63,874 nucleotides of DNA, filler included, from Octopus bimaculoides (GCF_001194135.2; 5 parts of 3 records of this genome joined end to end with filler, not necessarily neighbours in it), one strand, 5' to 3'; positions 1-13,518 are shown, counted from the whole stretch's first letter. Numbers and translations are program-made. Notes: a model not told the origin generated them from the letters alone.

Positions 1-149
1 TATATATATTCTATTGTGTATATTTTTACTCGCATATATATATATATTCTATTGTGTATATTTTTACTCGCATATATATATATATATTCTATTGTGTATA
101 TTTTTACTCGCATATATATATATATTCTATTGTGTATATTTTTACTCGC

Positions 150-160
<11 letters not shown>
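1..160. repeat. Minisatellite, ~44-bp unit (tatatatattctattgtgtatatttttactcgcata...), about 3.5 copies, followed by (TG)n
   Basis: Unit attctattgtgtatatttttactcgcata recurs at ~8, 45, 84 and 124, separated by (TA)n. Confidence 0.9.
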
Positions 161-197
<37 letters not shown>

Positions 198-569
198 ATA
201 TATACACACAAATATATTTATACACAAATATAAATTGCCATATGATTAGATATGTTTACATGGTTATGCAATAGATGCATATATATACATTCACATACAC
301 ACATACATACATACATATATATATATATACACACACACATATACAGACATATACGTATACATATATAAATATACATACGTATACACGCACACACACACAC
401 ATATATATATATACATGCATACATATACGTACAGATTTATTGATATAAAGGATGGTTTAAAGCTCTCTTCAGCCGCAAACATTGTTAGTCCAAAGATTAC
501 ATCACAAAAGAAACTAGCTTGTAGAGATACCTTCTAGGCTTAACTTCATGCGCTGGTTTAAGATCATAG

Positions 570-750
570 AAAAAAGTTTGGGGTCGTTACATTCGACTAA
601 AAACTCTTCAATGTGGTGCCCCAGCATGGCCGCAGTCTAATAACCGCAACAAGTAAAAATAAAAAAAAATTCTAGTGTCGATACATTCGACTGAAAATTC
701 TTCAACGCGGTGCCCCAGCATGGCCGCAGTCTAGTGATTCAAACAAGTGA
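570..750 (+). mobile_element. Two tandem 3' tails of a SINE family (ggtgccccagcatggccgcagtc tail)
   Basis: cattcgact...ggtgccccagcatggccgcagtcta occurs twice; its reverse complement (gactgcggccatgctggagcacc) recurs at ~18220, ~42200 and ~48545. Confidence 0.75.
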
Positions 751-796
751 AAGGTGAAAAAAAAAAAAACGAAAAAATAATCGAAAAATATAACCG

Positions 797-899
797 TGGG
801 GCTTTTGTCCACTTTCACACTTTAACTATGGGCTTTTGTCCAAGGGGTTTTTGTTCATGAGGCTTTTGTCGTAGGGGCTTTTGTCGTAGGGGCTTTTGT
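797..899. repeat. 15-bp tandem repeat (aggggcttttgtcgt)n running into an N-gap; possibly subterminal repeats of a DNA transposon
   Basis: ggggcttttgtc seen ~6 times between 797 and 899; the other end is lost in the gap. Confidence 0.6.
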
Positions 900-1623
900 N
901 NNNNNNNNNNNNNNNNNNNNNNNNNNNNNNNNNNNNNNNNNNNNNNNNNNNNNNNNNNNNNNNNNNNNNNNNNNNNNNNNNNNNNNNNNNNNNNNNNNNN
1001 NNNNNNNNNNNNNNNNNNNNNNNNNNNNNNNNNNNNNNNNNNNNNNNNNNNNNNNNNNNNNNNNNNNNNNNNNNNNNNNNNNNNNNNNNNNNNNNNNNNN
1101 NNNNNNNNNNNNNNNNNNNNNNNNNNNNNNNNNNNNNNNNNNNNNNNNNNNNNNNNNNNNNNNNNNNNNNNNNNNNNNNNNNNNNNNNNNNNNNNNNNNN
1201 NNNNNNNNNNNNNNNNNNNNNNNNNNNNNNNNNNNNNNNNNNNNNNNNNNNNNNNNNNNNNNNNNNNNNNNNNNNNNNNNNNNNNNNNNNNNNNNNNNNN
1301 NNNNNNNNNNNNNNNNNNNNNNNNNNNNNNNNNNNNNNNNNNNNNNNNNNNNNNNNNNNNNNNNNNNNNNNNNNNNNNNNNNNNNNNNNNNNNNNNNNNN
1401 NNNNNNNNNNNNNNNNNNNNNNNNNNNNNNNNNNNNNNNNNNNNNNNNNNNNNNNNNNNNNNNNNNNNNNNNNNNNNNNNNNNNNNNNNNNNNNNNNNNN
1501 NNNNNNNNNNNNNNNNNNNNNNNNNNNNNNNNNNNNNNNNNNNNNNNNNNNNNNNNNNNNNNNNTGAATAAATTTTGTTTCGGGGAGAGAAGAAAAACGA
1601 CCTATTCACACTTTGTGAGTTAA

Positions 1624-1700
<77 letters not shown>

Positions 1701-4053
1701 GTTGTCTCTTGAGGTCTCTGGGTGAGACTTGGATCCAACTTGTACAAATGCAAAACAAAAGTCAAACATAAAATAATAATAATAATAATAATAGTAATAA
1801 TAATAATGATAATAATAATAATAATAATGATAATAATAATAATAATGACGATGATGATGATGAGGAGGAGGAGGATGATAGTAAACTCGATTGCATTGCA
1901 TTATACTAGAGGCATTTTACATTAGGCAACATGCCAAATGCTTTACATCAACTAAACCGGTACAAAAAACAGATGGCATAAGAAAGAACATGAAAAAGCT
2001 CTCTCAGAAAGTGATAAGTGACATTATAGGTAACCCCAGGTATCTGATTTTATAAATGTTTTACCCACAAAAAACAAAAACAAAAACAAAAATAAAATAC
2101 AAAACAAAACTAAGTACCCGATATCGTTATCCGAGATTTTAAAATAATGACAACTACATAGATTGAGATATGAAACTGACATGGAGAGTATCTGGCTCTA
2201 AAAGTTCTGTGAAACATAATGAGAAGAATACATATAATGTTGTATGTACAATATATATTATCTTATATTCTTCTATTTTCTCAATTCTCGAAATTTTAGT
2301 TATACTGTTCGTTTGCAACATACTTCTGTTGTCAGCATAAATACTATGTTGACATAACTAACTGATGCTAAAGGTTTCTTTTTTTTTTATCGAACTCCAT
2401 TAGTCACGTAATATCTTCACATACATATATATATTTATATAAAATTATATACATATACGCTAACACACACACACACACATACACACGCACATACACACGC
2501 GCGCGCGCGCGCGCACACACACACACACAAATGAATATGTGTATGGATACAACACACGAGTATGCATCCATTCGTTTCTATGTTTACTTCATTTAGAAGA
2601 GAAACTGCCTTTATGTCTATATTTAGGTCCGAAAGAGCAAACAGATACAAAAGCTGTTACACAGACAAATGGACGGAGTAAGTCTGTAAGAGAAGAGTCA
2701 ATTGTGATATTTTTGGCTTTCCTCAGCAGTTACATTAAACTTTTTTGAAATAGGCAATGTAGTTCATTCAAGATAGACTTGATATTGTCCTTTGCTACAT
2801 ACATAACACATACATCAACTCATGTAGAATATACATACATAATCCCACATGTAGACACACACACACACACTTATACACACATACCTATACATACACACAT
2901 AAAAATATAAACACGTACATATTTCAGGATTGCTTTTCAAGAAAAGCAGCTGCATCTTATTTTATCCCAGACAAATCTGTTGAAAAATAATGATAAAAAT
3001 AAAGGTAAGTATTTAATTATCCCACGCAGTATTTTCCTTTATTGGTTTATCTGAAGAGGAAAAGGCAATTCTTTCAGCCATATTGGGTAGGGCTTTACAG
3101 ACACAACGTTAAAAGAAAAGATAAGCGGTTGAAATTTGTGCGGGTTAGTTTTCTTCAAGTTTTGCTTATTATTAATTGAAGTGAAAAAAAGCGGCGTGCG
3201 AATAAAACCGTTATCACGTCGGATAAAATGCTTAGTAGCATTTCTTCCATTTCTTCACCAAAAACTGCATTTGCACATCTGTCGACATCTTGTACTGCAT
3301 GCAAATTCTGCCTTGGCTCCCACGTGACCAAACAAGCTGTTCTCTAGGTGACCAATTCAACTATCGCCTTCTAAGTGTTCTCCAACGCTCTCTGGGCCAA
3401 CTCGTGCATATCATTTCAATACATCAAACCAACCCTTTAATGGTATCTCGGTAACCATGTCCATCCAGAGCAGCGCATCATATTTGAGCTTGAAACTTCT
3501 CCTTTGGGTATAAATGCTGTCGAGATCGAATTTACCTTTCATTCTTTCGGGGTCGATAAAATAAGTACCAGTTACCCACTGGGGTCGATGTAATCGATCT
3601 TTTCCTTTCCTTCAAAATTTCTGCCCTTGTGCCAAAATTAGAAAGAATTGTTTAATGTAAAGAAAAAACGTGACGAGAAATTCATTCCCAAAATGAGTGG
3701 ATTTTGCTGTGAGGAAACAGTATTTACTAAAATGTTTATTGTGAAGTGCAGCAGTGGTGGTGGTGGTGATGTGTGTGTGGTTGTGTGTGTGTGAAAAGGA
3801 TGAATTGCTTAATTTTTCATGAACAATAATGTTTTATTGATAGAGGGACCAGTCCTGTTGATTTCAAGAAAAAAGAAATCGAATAAAGATTTGAGACGTT
3901 TCTCAAAGGTATAAATATAGGCAGTGGAGTGGAATATCTATAACAGGGAGTAAAGGAAAAAAACTTATATAATGAAGTATACACACGTATATACGCACAT
4001 ACATAAACACAGACACATAACAAACGTTTGATGATCTTCATATATTTCATCAC

Positions 4054-4086
<33 letters not shown>

Positions 4087-4142
4087 CATCGATCTGTCTG
4101 TCTGTCTGTCTGTTCGTCCATCCATCCATCCATCTTATTTCT

Positions 4143-4367
4143 CTACTGACCAGAAGGGGCTACATACAGAGGGGACAAACAAGGACAGACAAACGGATTA
4201 AGTCAATTATATCGACCCCGGTGCGTAACTGGTACTTATTTAATCGACCCCGAAAGGGATGAAAGGCAAAATCGACCTCAGCGGAATTTGAACTCAGAAC
4301 GTAGCGGCAGACGAAATACCGCTAAGCATTTCGCCCGGCGTGCTAACGCTTCTGCCAGCTCACCGCC
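4143..4367 (-). mobile_element. tRNA-derived SINE, near full length (ggcggtgagctggcaga head; central gtcgattttgcctttcatccc domain, MetaSINE-like)
   Basis: Minus strand reads ggcggtgagctggcagaagcgttagcacgccgggcgaaatgcttagcggtatttcg...ttctgagttcaaattccgctgaggtcga (B-box-like gagttcaaatt). Partial homologues lie at ~3520-3650, ~19095-19240 and ~27030-27190. The family name is from memory. Confidence 0.85.
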
Positions 4368-4385
4368 TTCTGTCTATCTATCTAC

Positions 4386-4436
<51 letters not shown>

Positions 4437-5276
4437 NNNNNNNNNNNNNNNNNNNNNNNNNNNNNNNNNNNNNNNNNNNNNNNNNNNNNNNNNNNNNNNN
4501 NNNNNNNNNNNNNNNNNNNNNNNNNNNNNNNNNNNNNNNNNNNNNNNNNNNNNNNNNNNNNNNNNNNNNNNNNNNNNNTAGATATATATATATATATATA
4601 TATCCCAAATAGTCTGAAACCCTGAGATGGATACCCTAGACTCATACACAAGATTATGTACAGGCACGCAGACACACAATAACACCACAATAATCATCTG
4701 TCTTAAAAACAAAATCACTCAAAAACTGAAATTGCATATCAGCTTTGGCCTCCACGAAACGAAACTCTTTGCAATCGCTTCCATGACCACCTTCATAATG
4801 TTCTCCATCGCTCTCTGGGTCAACCATTTCTGTACACATCATTTCAATAAATCAGATCATTCCCGTAAAGGGGTCTCAGTATCCACCACGCGGTATCACA
4901 TTCCAAGAAACATAAAGAGAAATACATCATATTTGAACTTGAAACTTCTCCCTTGGGTATAAATGAGCGTTTCTTCTCCTCTTCATATTCCACTCCATTT
5001 ACCTGCATTATACAGACGACTTGTTTAAGAGACTTGCAAACAGTCAGCTTGTGCAAGTGCTGCCAATTGATAGCTCTACAAGCGGACTTCACCCGGTGTC
5101 AGGAGTCACCAGGAGAGATTGTACACTGTATTGGGTCCTTTCTCTGGACGCTTTACTTTTTACTGACCAAATCAATGTAATTTTGTTCAGTTCCGACCCT
5201 TCATATATTGTGTATTGAGTGAATTTTGTGTATATATGTAGAGTTGAACTCTTGATGTGATAAAAAAATATATATG

Positions 5277-5309
<33 letters not shown>

Positions 5310-5495
5310 GCACACACACACNNNNNNNNNNNNNNNNNNNNNNNNNNNNNNNNNNNNNNNNNNNNNNNNNNNNNNNNNNNNNNNNNNNNNNNNNNNNNNN
5401 NNNNNNNNNNNNNNNNNNNNNNNNNNNNNNNNNNNNNNNNATATATATATATCCCAAATTGTCTGAATTTTCTTTCCTTGTTTCTTTCTGTGTTC

Positions 5496-5531
5496 CTTTC
5501 TGTGGAAGAGCGTAGGCTCGAAACGTTAAAG
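5496..5531 (+). ncRNA. Minimal hammerhead-ribozyme-like motif with variant core, in a PLE-type 3' tail (tail to ~5620)
   Basis: cttt-CTGTGGA-A-GAGC gtag GCTC-GAAA-CGTT-aaag: stem I cttt/aaag, stem II GAGC/GCTC, palindromic ACGT stem III. The core departs from CUGANGA. Confidence 0.55.
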
Positions 5532-5632
5532 ACTTTCTCTATTCCCGAGCGTTATACTAATACATCCATTTGTTGTTTACACCACCTGTCTTCGTCTGCT
5601 GTTTTTTCGTGAATTCTCCCTACACACACACA

Positions 5633-5704
<72 letters not shown>

Positions 5705-6382
5705 TATATTTCGAGACTTTTTAGTTTAGGAGTATATTGATCTATATTGTCACCTCCCCAGCGACATAGTCGTGACTAAATATAGTCAGGCTCAAAGATA
5801 AATATAGATTTAGACACTGAAGAGATGACCTTGTCTTAAGCTTGACACACCTAAAACATCTAAAATAGTTTCTGTTCATATAAACATTCAACGTGATAAG
5901 GATTCTAAAGAAACAATCCATGTTATATTCTCGAACCAAAGTTGTATTTTTGGTTCGTGAAATAAAGATACTAAGATAAACATAATTATTTGTCAGGTTT
6001 TACCCTATATTTATTTTGTATTTATATACTTTTTACACGTATTTTTTTTAAAAGACATTTCAGAGATATTTGGAAGTGAAAGTCAAAGGTCGCAGATGTC
6101 AGACTTATAAATTCGTTTTAAAAATGACTTTGGTTCCATTCAGAATGTTAAGAATTTATTCCGTGTTTCGCTTTAGAATACTTTTATTGTTAGTACAGCC
6201 TATTTGCTTTTAGAATATTTTGAAAATAAAAGTTAATGAGAAAAAATTAAAAAAAGGCATCGGAGGGGCGACGCACAAACTGCGCGCAGATAAATTTTTC
6301 CGCAAATTATAGTATGGTTTACAATGCGTTGCTTTTAATTGAACTGAATATTTTAATCTTTTTTTTTTAAGTATCACCATTA

Positions 6383-6662
6383 CAGTAATCCCTTGCCATA
6401 TCGCGATTCACCTACCGCGGTTCACTTATCGCGGTTCATCTATTGCGGTTCATCTATCGCGGTTCATCTATCGCGGTTTATTATTTAAGCTTACGTCGAT
6501 TCTTCGGTGGTGTTGTTTTGCCTCTATAACTAAAGAAATATATACAAATTATAAAAATAATAAAATATATATATACAGTAGGGTATTGTTTCTACTTCGC
6601 GCATTTTCACCTATCGCAGGGTTTTTTGGAACGTAACTGCCGCGATAGTCGAGGGATTACTG
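6383..6662. mobile_element. Tigger/pogo-like MITE (Tc1/mariner superfamily), 280 bp
   Basis: TA|CAGTAATCCCTTGCCATATCGCG ... CGCGATAGTCGAGGGATTACTG|TA: imperfect TIRs with TA TSD; internal tandem 14-mer ctatcgcggttcat. Confidence 0.85.
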
Positions 6663-7422
6663 TATTGGTATTTATACTCCGGTGAAATCAAGTCGTAAAT
6701 AAACGAAACCCTCGAATCCATCACTGTACGCGCGCGCTCACACACACACACATACACACAGAGTCGCATATCTATGTATGTATTTATGTATGCATGTACG
6801 CATACGTGTCTACGTGCATAGGTACTCTATGCTTTATACATACGCAGGCGTGGGTCAATTCATATGAAAAAGAAAGTGAACAAAATATGATCACTTTCTT
6901 ATCGGGAAATTTGTAAGTTTGATTTTTTAGTTGTTTATTTATTCATTTATTTATATATTTTAAAGATAATCACACCAAATGTTCATAATTTCAAGCCACT
7001 CACCCAATGAGTATTTCTGCCAAATGTGGTGAAAATCCGTTCAGCCGTTTTCCAGTAATTTTGCAAACACACAGACAAACAAAGACGGGTGATTACAATA
7101 CCTTGCTTTTGCTTACATGTGCAGGGTGGAAAATAAATAAATAAAATCCATGATGGTTGTTTTTGGTGCTTAAACTCAAGTCACTTAACTATACATGTGT
7201 AGGGAACGTTCAATATTATTGTACAGCACCTCTATAATTCGCGATATGTAGTCATTTATTCCTATGGCTGTTTTCCTCATCCATAAGGGCTTCCGGATCA
7301 AATCCAAAACAGCTTTAAAGTCGATGTAGCTGATGTCTTATGATCTTGACTTGAGTTTGATTTTTCAATTATATCTGATTAGAAAAATATCACCAACTGT
7401 ACCTATACCAGGTAATTCACCG

Positions 7423-7483
<61 letters not shown>

Positions 7484-7493
7484 NNNNNNNNNN

Positions 7494-7535
<42 letters not shown>

Positions 7536-8721
7536 TATAGATAGATATATACATACATATATATATACACATACATACATACATACATACATACATACAT
7601 ACATACATACATACATACATACATACATACGTATGTATGTATGGAAGACAATTGCTAATATTGTAATTTAAAAAAAACTTGGATCAATTAGAATTACATC
7701 TCTAGTGAGTATATAAAACCTTAATTGCGAATTCTTTTATAAAGAAAAGAACGGTGAGAACACCACAATTTGAATTAATTAAAATCAATTAAACATAGAA
7801 TTTGATTTTATGGTAAAGGTATGGCTACATGTTTTAGAACCTTACTAGCAAATGTTTTCTATTATAGCCCCGGTTCTAATAATGCTTCGTGAATAAAATG
7901 GATAGACGGAAACTGTGTGGAAGTCGGTCGTATGCAACTAATTTTCTCCGCATTCCTTCCAACCTAATGCCAGATTTCTCCAGGCTTAGCCAGTCGGTGG
8001 TTCCAATAGATAAATTAATATATTCCGCGTAAGAGATTCTGTTTATCTCAAAAGATAAACAAATTGCAACATTTTTAATGTGTGAAATTCCATAATTTTC
8101 AGTATACGCGGACCAGTCAGAAAAGTGTGAAATATCGACCATTTTCAGCCATCTTAGAAAGCGTTAAATTTCTTGAAAGTTATTCACTGTAATTAGCAAA
8201 TATATATATGTTCAAATATTTCACTAAACAGGTTCTGCATTTGTTAGAATAGATAATTCACAACAGTTTCAATGAGAAGATTAACAATTTTCGGTAATCC
8301 TATACCTTTCAGAAATTCGTAGTTTTGCTTTATTCCTTCCAACTCAATGCCAAATATTTTCAGAATTAGTCACTCAGTTGTTACAAAATATGCACTAATA
8401 TTTCACTTAAGGAATTCTACATCTGTTAGAATAATAAAAAAAATATATTCCATATTTATGATTGTGATATCCCAAAATTTCCACTGTAAGTGGACACGTC
8501 AGAAATACCATGTGGTATTTATACCGGCTCTCTGCGCTTTGAGTTCAAATCCCACCCTGATGTACTTTGCTTTTATTTCTTTCAGGATCGATAAAATAAA
8601 TTATTCAGTTCATAGCGATGCATTTCTGGTACTGACCTTACTGTATTTCTTCTTGTGCTTTACGTTCTGAGTTCGTTCGTGGTATTCATTGTCCACTTTC
8701 AGTCATTGTTCGAGTATCTTT

Positions 8722-9093
8722 GTGGAGGCGCAATGGCCCAATGGTTAGGGCAGCGGACTCGTGGTCATAGGATCGCGGTTTCGATTCCCAGACCGGGCGT
8801 TGTGAGTGTTTATTGAGCGAAAACACCTAAAGCTCCACGAGGCTCCGGCAGGGAATGGTGGCGAACCCTACTGTACTCTTTCACCACAACTTTCTCTCAC
8901 TCTTTCTTCCTGTTTCTGTTGTGCCTGTAATTCAAATGGTCAGCCTTGTCACACTGTGTCACGCTGAATATCCCCGAGAACTACGTTAAGGGTACACGTG
9001 TCTGTGGAGTGCTCAGCCACGAGCAGGCTGTTCCGTTGATCGGATCAACTGGAACCCACGACGTCGTAAGCGACGGAGTGCCAACAACAACAA
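8722..9093 (+). mobile_element. tRNA-derived SINE, full length (gtggaggcgcaatggccc head, (CAA)n tail)
   Basis: A-box tggcccaatgg and B-box ggtttcgattccc; TSD cgagtatcttt (8711-8721) / cgagtaccttt (9094-9104); near-identical copies at 10480 and 17001. Confidence 0.9.
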
Positions 9094-9149
9094 CGAGTAC
9101 CTTTAGCAAATTTCACTCTGGTGGAAGTACTCTTATCAGATCTTTAGTC

Positions 9150-9505
9150 TGGGACAAACTCTTGAAAAGTTGTACATAATTTGATAGTTCCATTGATGAT
9201 TTGTACCTGTAATCTTCTAATTAGCTTTCTTCTTTCCGGTTTTAAAAGCCTTAATATCTCGAGATTGTGCTGGGGAAATTAGTTACATCCCCTACTGCTC
9301 CTATAATCACGAGAATAAACCTGAACTTGTAATCCGGGTGGAGAACTTGTAAATTACTCAAAAAATCAGAGTAGATGTTTTTTGTTGTTGTTTTTTTTTT
9401 TTGCTGAATCCTTAGTTTTATATTGACATCCGCTGGTCAACTGATTTCCGCTGCTGTGCACAGTTTCTCTTCTGTGTCTCAAATCATTATGCCTGGTCTA
9501 TATTA
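9150..9505 (-). mobile_element. R4/Dong-like non-LTR retrotransposon 3' fragment (restriction-like endonuclease domain), decayed
   Basis: Manual minus-strand translation: RPGIMI*DTEEKLCTAAEIS*PADVNIKLRIQQK / NIYSDFLSNLQVLHPDYKFRFILVIIGAVG ... LIRRLQVQIINGTIKLCTTF, matching the RPD..D...EIS..D..K...IIG pattern of RLE domains. Confidence 0.75.
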
Positions 9506-9930
9506 CCGTAAATCCTCGAGTATAATCCGCACTTTTTTCTCAAAATTTAAAGGTCAAAATTTCTAGTGCGTACTATATACGAGGTTAAAAATGAAAAATA
9601 TTTTCTAAGCAAAATTTTCTAAGTGATAAATATGTAAAGGCAATTTACTTAATATTTATTTTTCACTGACGTTATTACTGTTATTTCTTTATTTTCTGCA
9701 AAAAAAGTGCACAAAAAAGCTACACGTTTGTATTATGTTATATATACAATAATAATAAAGGACGTTACCGTATATACGTTAACAAACCAAGGACGTTATA
9801 TAGACCTCCTTGACTCAAGTTAGAGAAGGGGTGCGTATTAGACACAAGGTTTAGGTTTTTCATAGGTACAGCCCCCTAAAAATCTCTTGCGTATTATACT
9901 CAAGGGCGGACTATACTCGAGGATTTACGG
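9506..9930. mobile_element. Tc2/pogo-related MITE, 425 bp, inserted into the R4/Dong fragment
   Basis: TA|CCGTAAATCCTCGAGTATAATCCGC ... GCGGACTATACTCGAGGATTTACGG|TA: ~25-bp TIRs, TA TSD. Confidence 0.9.
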
Positions 9931-10479
9931 TATATTTGCATTTTATTGAGCTTCATGTCACATGATAGCGAAGAGCTTATTTGTCGTCTGCTCGATTGGC
10001 AAATTCAGGCCTCGACCTTCCACGTTATTTTGATTTAATGTGCAGCTGAGCTATTTGTTTGCCTCTTCTTCAGTCATCTAAACAGACGTATTACACTTAC
10101 TGCTTCTATTAAAATAATGACACCGCTTTTCTCTTTTTCAGAGACATCAAGTCCTTTCAGAATGATATATCTTAACCGATAATGCCTCTTTCCATGCTTA
10201 TATGTTCCTTCTAACAACTAACCAGAAATATCAATACTTGAGATTATACAGGGCTCTCTGTAATCTTTATTTCATTTCATTTTCGAAGAACCTAACAAAA
10301 CTGGGATTTGTTTTTTATCCCAATGAACCTGAATAAAATAAGATAAAATAAAATAAAATAAAAGGAAAATAATTCCATCGTCATGAAGGGGAAAATCCAG
10401 AATCCATGAAACGGGTGACTTTTGAATTTTCTTTTTAATATCTTTCTGGCGTAGTTTTCTATGATATTGTCGTAATATC

Positions 10480-10867
10480 GTGGAGGTGCAATGGCCCAGT
10501 GGTTAGGGCAGCGGACTCGCAGTCATAGGATCGCGGTTTCGATTCCCAGACCGAGCGTTGTGAGTGTTTATTGAGCGAAAACATCTAAAGCTCCACGAGG
10601 CTCCGGCATGGGATGGTGGCGAACCCTGCTGTACTCTTTCACCACAACTTTCTCTCACTCTTACTTCCTGTTTCTGTTGTGCCTGTAATTCAAAGGGTCA
10701 GCCTTGTCACACTGTGTCACGCTGAATATACCCGAGAACTACGTTAAGGGTACATGTGTCTGTGGAGTGCTCAGCCACTTGCATGTTAATTTCACGAGCA
10801 GGCTGTTCCGTTGATCGGATCAACCGGAACCCTCGACGTCGTAAGCGACGGAATGCCAACACACACT
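10480..10867 (+). mobile_element. tRNA-derived SINE, full length (same family as 8722)
   Basis: Same head, body and tail; perfect 13-bp TSD ttgtcgtaatatc at 10467-10479 and 10868-10880. Confidence 0.92.
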
Positions 10868-11399
10868 TTGTCGTAATATCTCAAGGGAAAATACTCTGAT
10901 TTTTTTATCATTTCTATGGAACATAACATTATAAATATATTCGAAACTGGACTGCTTATTCAATTTAATTAGACTCGACTAGAACCTACTGCAGCTTGAA
11001 TCCTATTCTTCTGTGTTTGCCAAAATAACAGTTGTCTTCGGTATTTCCTGGAAGCCTCCCACTGCTTACTGAGTAACATAATATTTGCTTAACTCTTTAG
11101 ATTAAGAAAACAGCGGCAAAACAACAACAACAATACAAAGCTTAATATACAACAACGATAACACAAATAACAACAACAGCAACATCAACAACATCTACGA
11201 CAAAAACTCTGCCGCAAACAATATCACAGCTGACAGCACTACCAGAGAAAGAGGTTTTCTACAGGAGTGCTGATAAGTTAGAAACAACGGCCAAATGCCT
11301 CTCAGATCACATCTTGCCGCTTGAAAAGAAAAGAACAGAAAGATACTGTATTTGTAAAACGACGAGGTGATCAAGGCTGGAACGTCTGTGATTTTATTC

Positions 11400-11493
11400 A
11401 TTGTAAGCCTAGTACTTATTCTATTGGTCTCTTTTGCCGAACCGTTAAGTTACGGGGACGTAAACACACCAGCATCGGTTGTCAAGCGATGTT

Positions 11494-11539
<46 letters not shown>

Positions 11540-11601
11540 TACGACATATATACATATATATACATATATACGACGGGCTTCTTTCAGTTTCCGTCTACCA
11601 A
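11400..11601 (-). mobile_element. SINE with internal (CA/TA) microsatellite, truncated by a gap
   Basis: ttgtaagcctagtacttattctattggtctcttttgccgaaccg...gacgggcttctttcagtttccgtctacca; homologous to 18205-18360, 40260-40440 and 48520-48870. Confidence 0.8.
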
Positions 11602-12382
11602 NNNNNNNNNNNNNNNNNNNNNNNNNNNNNNNNNNNNNNNNNNNNNNNNNNNNNNNNNNNNNNNNNNNNNNNNNNNNNNNNNNNNNNNNNNNNNNNNNNN
11701 NNNNNNNNNNNNNNNNNNNNNNNNNNNNNNNNNNNNNNNNNNNNNNNNNNNNNNNNNNNNNNNNNNNNNNNNNNNNNNNNNNNNNNNNNNNNNNNNNNNN
11801 NNNNNNNNNNNNNNNNNNNNNNNNNNNNNNNNNNNNNNNNNNNNNNNNNNNNNNNNNNNNNNNNNNNNNNNNNNNNNNNNNNNNNNNNNNNNNNNNNNNN
11901 NNNNNNNNNNNNNNNNNNNNNNNNNNNNNNNNNNNNNNNNNNNNNNNNNNNNNNNNNNNNNNNNNNNNNNNNNNNNNNNNNNNNNNNNNNNNNNNNNNNN
12001 NNNNNNNNNNNNNNNNNNNNNNNNNNNNNNNNNNNNNNNNNNNNNNNNNNNNNNNNNNNNNNNNNNNNNNNNNNNNNNNNNNNNNNNNNNNNNNNNNNNN
12101 NNNNNNNNNNNNNNNNNNNNNNNNNNNNNNNNNNNNNNNNNNNNNNNNNNNNNNNNNNNNNNNNNNNNNNNNNNNNNNNNNNNNNNNNNNNNNNNNNNNN
12201 NNNNNNNNNNNNNNNNNNNNNNNNNNNNNNNNNNNNNNNNNNNNNNNNNNNNNNNNNNNNNNNNNNNNNNNNNNNNNNNNNNNNNNNNNNNNNNNNNNNN
12301 NNNNNATATATATATTGAAAGCACATATATTTGATTTTGCATATGTATACACATATATGTGTCTGTATAATACAAGCATATG

Positions 12383-12423
<41 letters not shown>

Positions 12424-12707
12424 CTCAGTTTAGAGTGGTCAGTGAACTCTTTAGTCGCACTTCCACGCCACGTCAATGTAGGTGTTCCCTCAGGACAAAG
12501 GTCGTTGGTCGTTTAACTAATATCCTGCACTGAAGTGTACAACCGTCGCAATATCAAGACAAGTTCTCGGCATCTCTTTTTGAAAGGCGTCACAAATTAG
12601 ACTGGTCGGTGTGAGGAGTCATAAACCTATCAGGACAAGGAAACTCCGATTTCAAATCCGGGGAAGATGGTGCACGTAAGTGTGGGAAGCACTGCGACAG
12701 TCTAAAG

Positions 12708-12966
12708 CAGTTGTTCTCAACCAGGGTCTACATGGCCCGAGGAGGTTGAAATAAGATTTTGTTGTTAAAATTTATCAGCAATAAATTGGTTATACTTCTG
12801 CAATACACATGTATTTTCACAATTCTTTTATACAATTCCTAATAACATTTGATTATGAAAATATAATAGGATTATTTTTTGATATACAGCTTTTGGTTAT
12901 GGAGGTCCAGTTGAGTAAAATAGGAATCATAGGGGTCCGTAGGCAAAAGATGGTTGAGAACCACTA
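12708..12966. mobile_element. hAT (Charlie-like) MITE, 259 bp
   Basis: TIRs CAGTTGTTCTCAACC / GGTTGAGAACCACTA; 8-bp TSD gtctaaag (12700-12707) / gtctaagg (12967-12974). Confidence 0.88.
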
Positions 12967-13464
12967 GTCTAAGGGAAGGAAACTCCGACAGAAACATATT
13001 CCCTTCAGGTTTTAAAGGCTGGGAATTGGACTAATCATGTGACCCCGAAAAAATTCTGATTGCAGACATTTCGAACACTCAGAAGAATTCACAATTCTTT
13101 GTAGGAGCAGAAGTTTTTAGCATGGAAAGTAATTGTGAGACCAGGTACGAAATATAACCATCGGCATGTATAGGGAGAGAGAGGAATGCGTATGTGTATG
13201 TGTGTATACATACATACACACATAATACGCACACAGCACACACACACTTTCCTCTTGCTACTTCATGCAAGGTGACACAAAGCTTGCTTCCTTTCTTTCT
13301 TTCTTTCTTTCCCCTCCGTCTCTCTCTCTCTCTCTCTCCCTCTTTCTCTCGATGCCAACACGTGAACAGCTGCAATTTGCACTTGGTTCCACCATCACTT
13401 TCCATGCTAGGAACTGCTGCCTCTCCATGGTGTTCTGGGTTTTTCTGCATCTTTGAAATATGAG

Positions 13465-13518
<54 letters not shown>

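Noticed and set aside
1-160. Regular repeats that might suggest a CRISPR array (also 797-899 and 6410-6480)
   Set aside because: No unique spacers, no cas genes, eukaryotic context; these are plain tandem repeats.
8722-8795. tRNA-like head (also 10480, 51215, 48870, 4367)
   Set aside because: Each continues into a SINE body and tail, with TSDs in the full-length 8722/10480 copies; none is a standalone tRNA gene.
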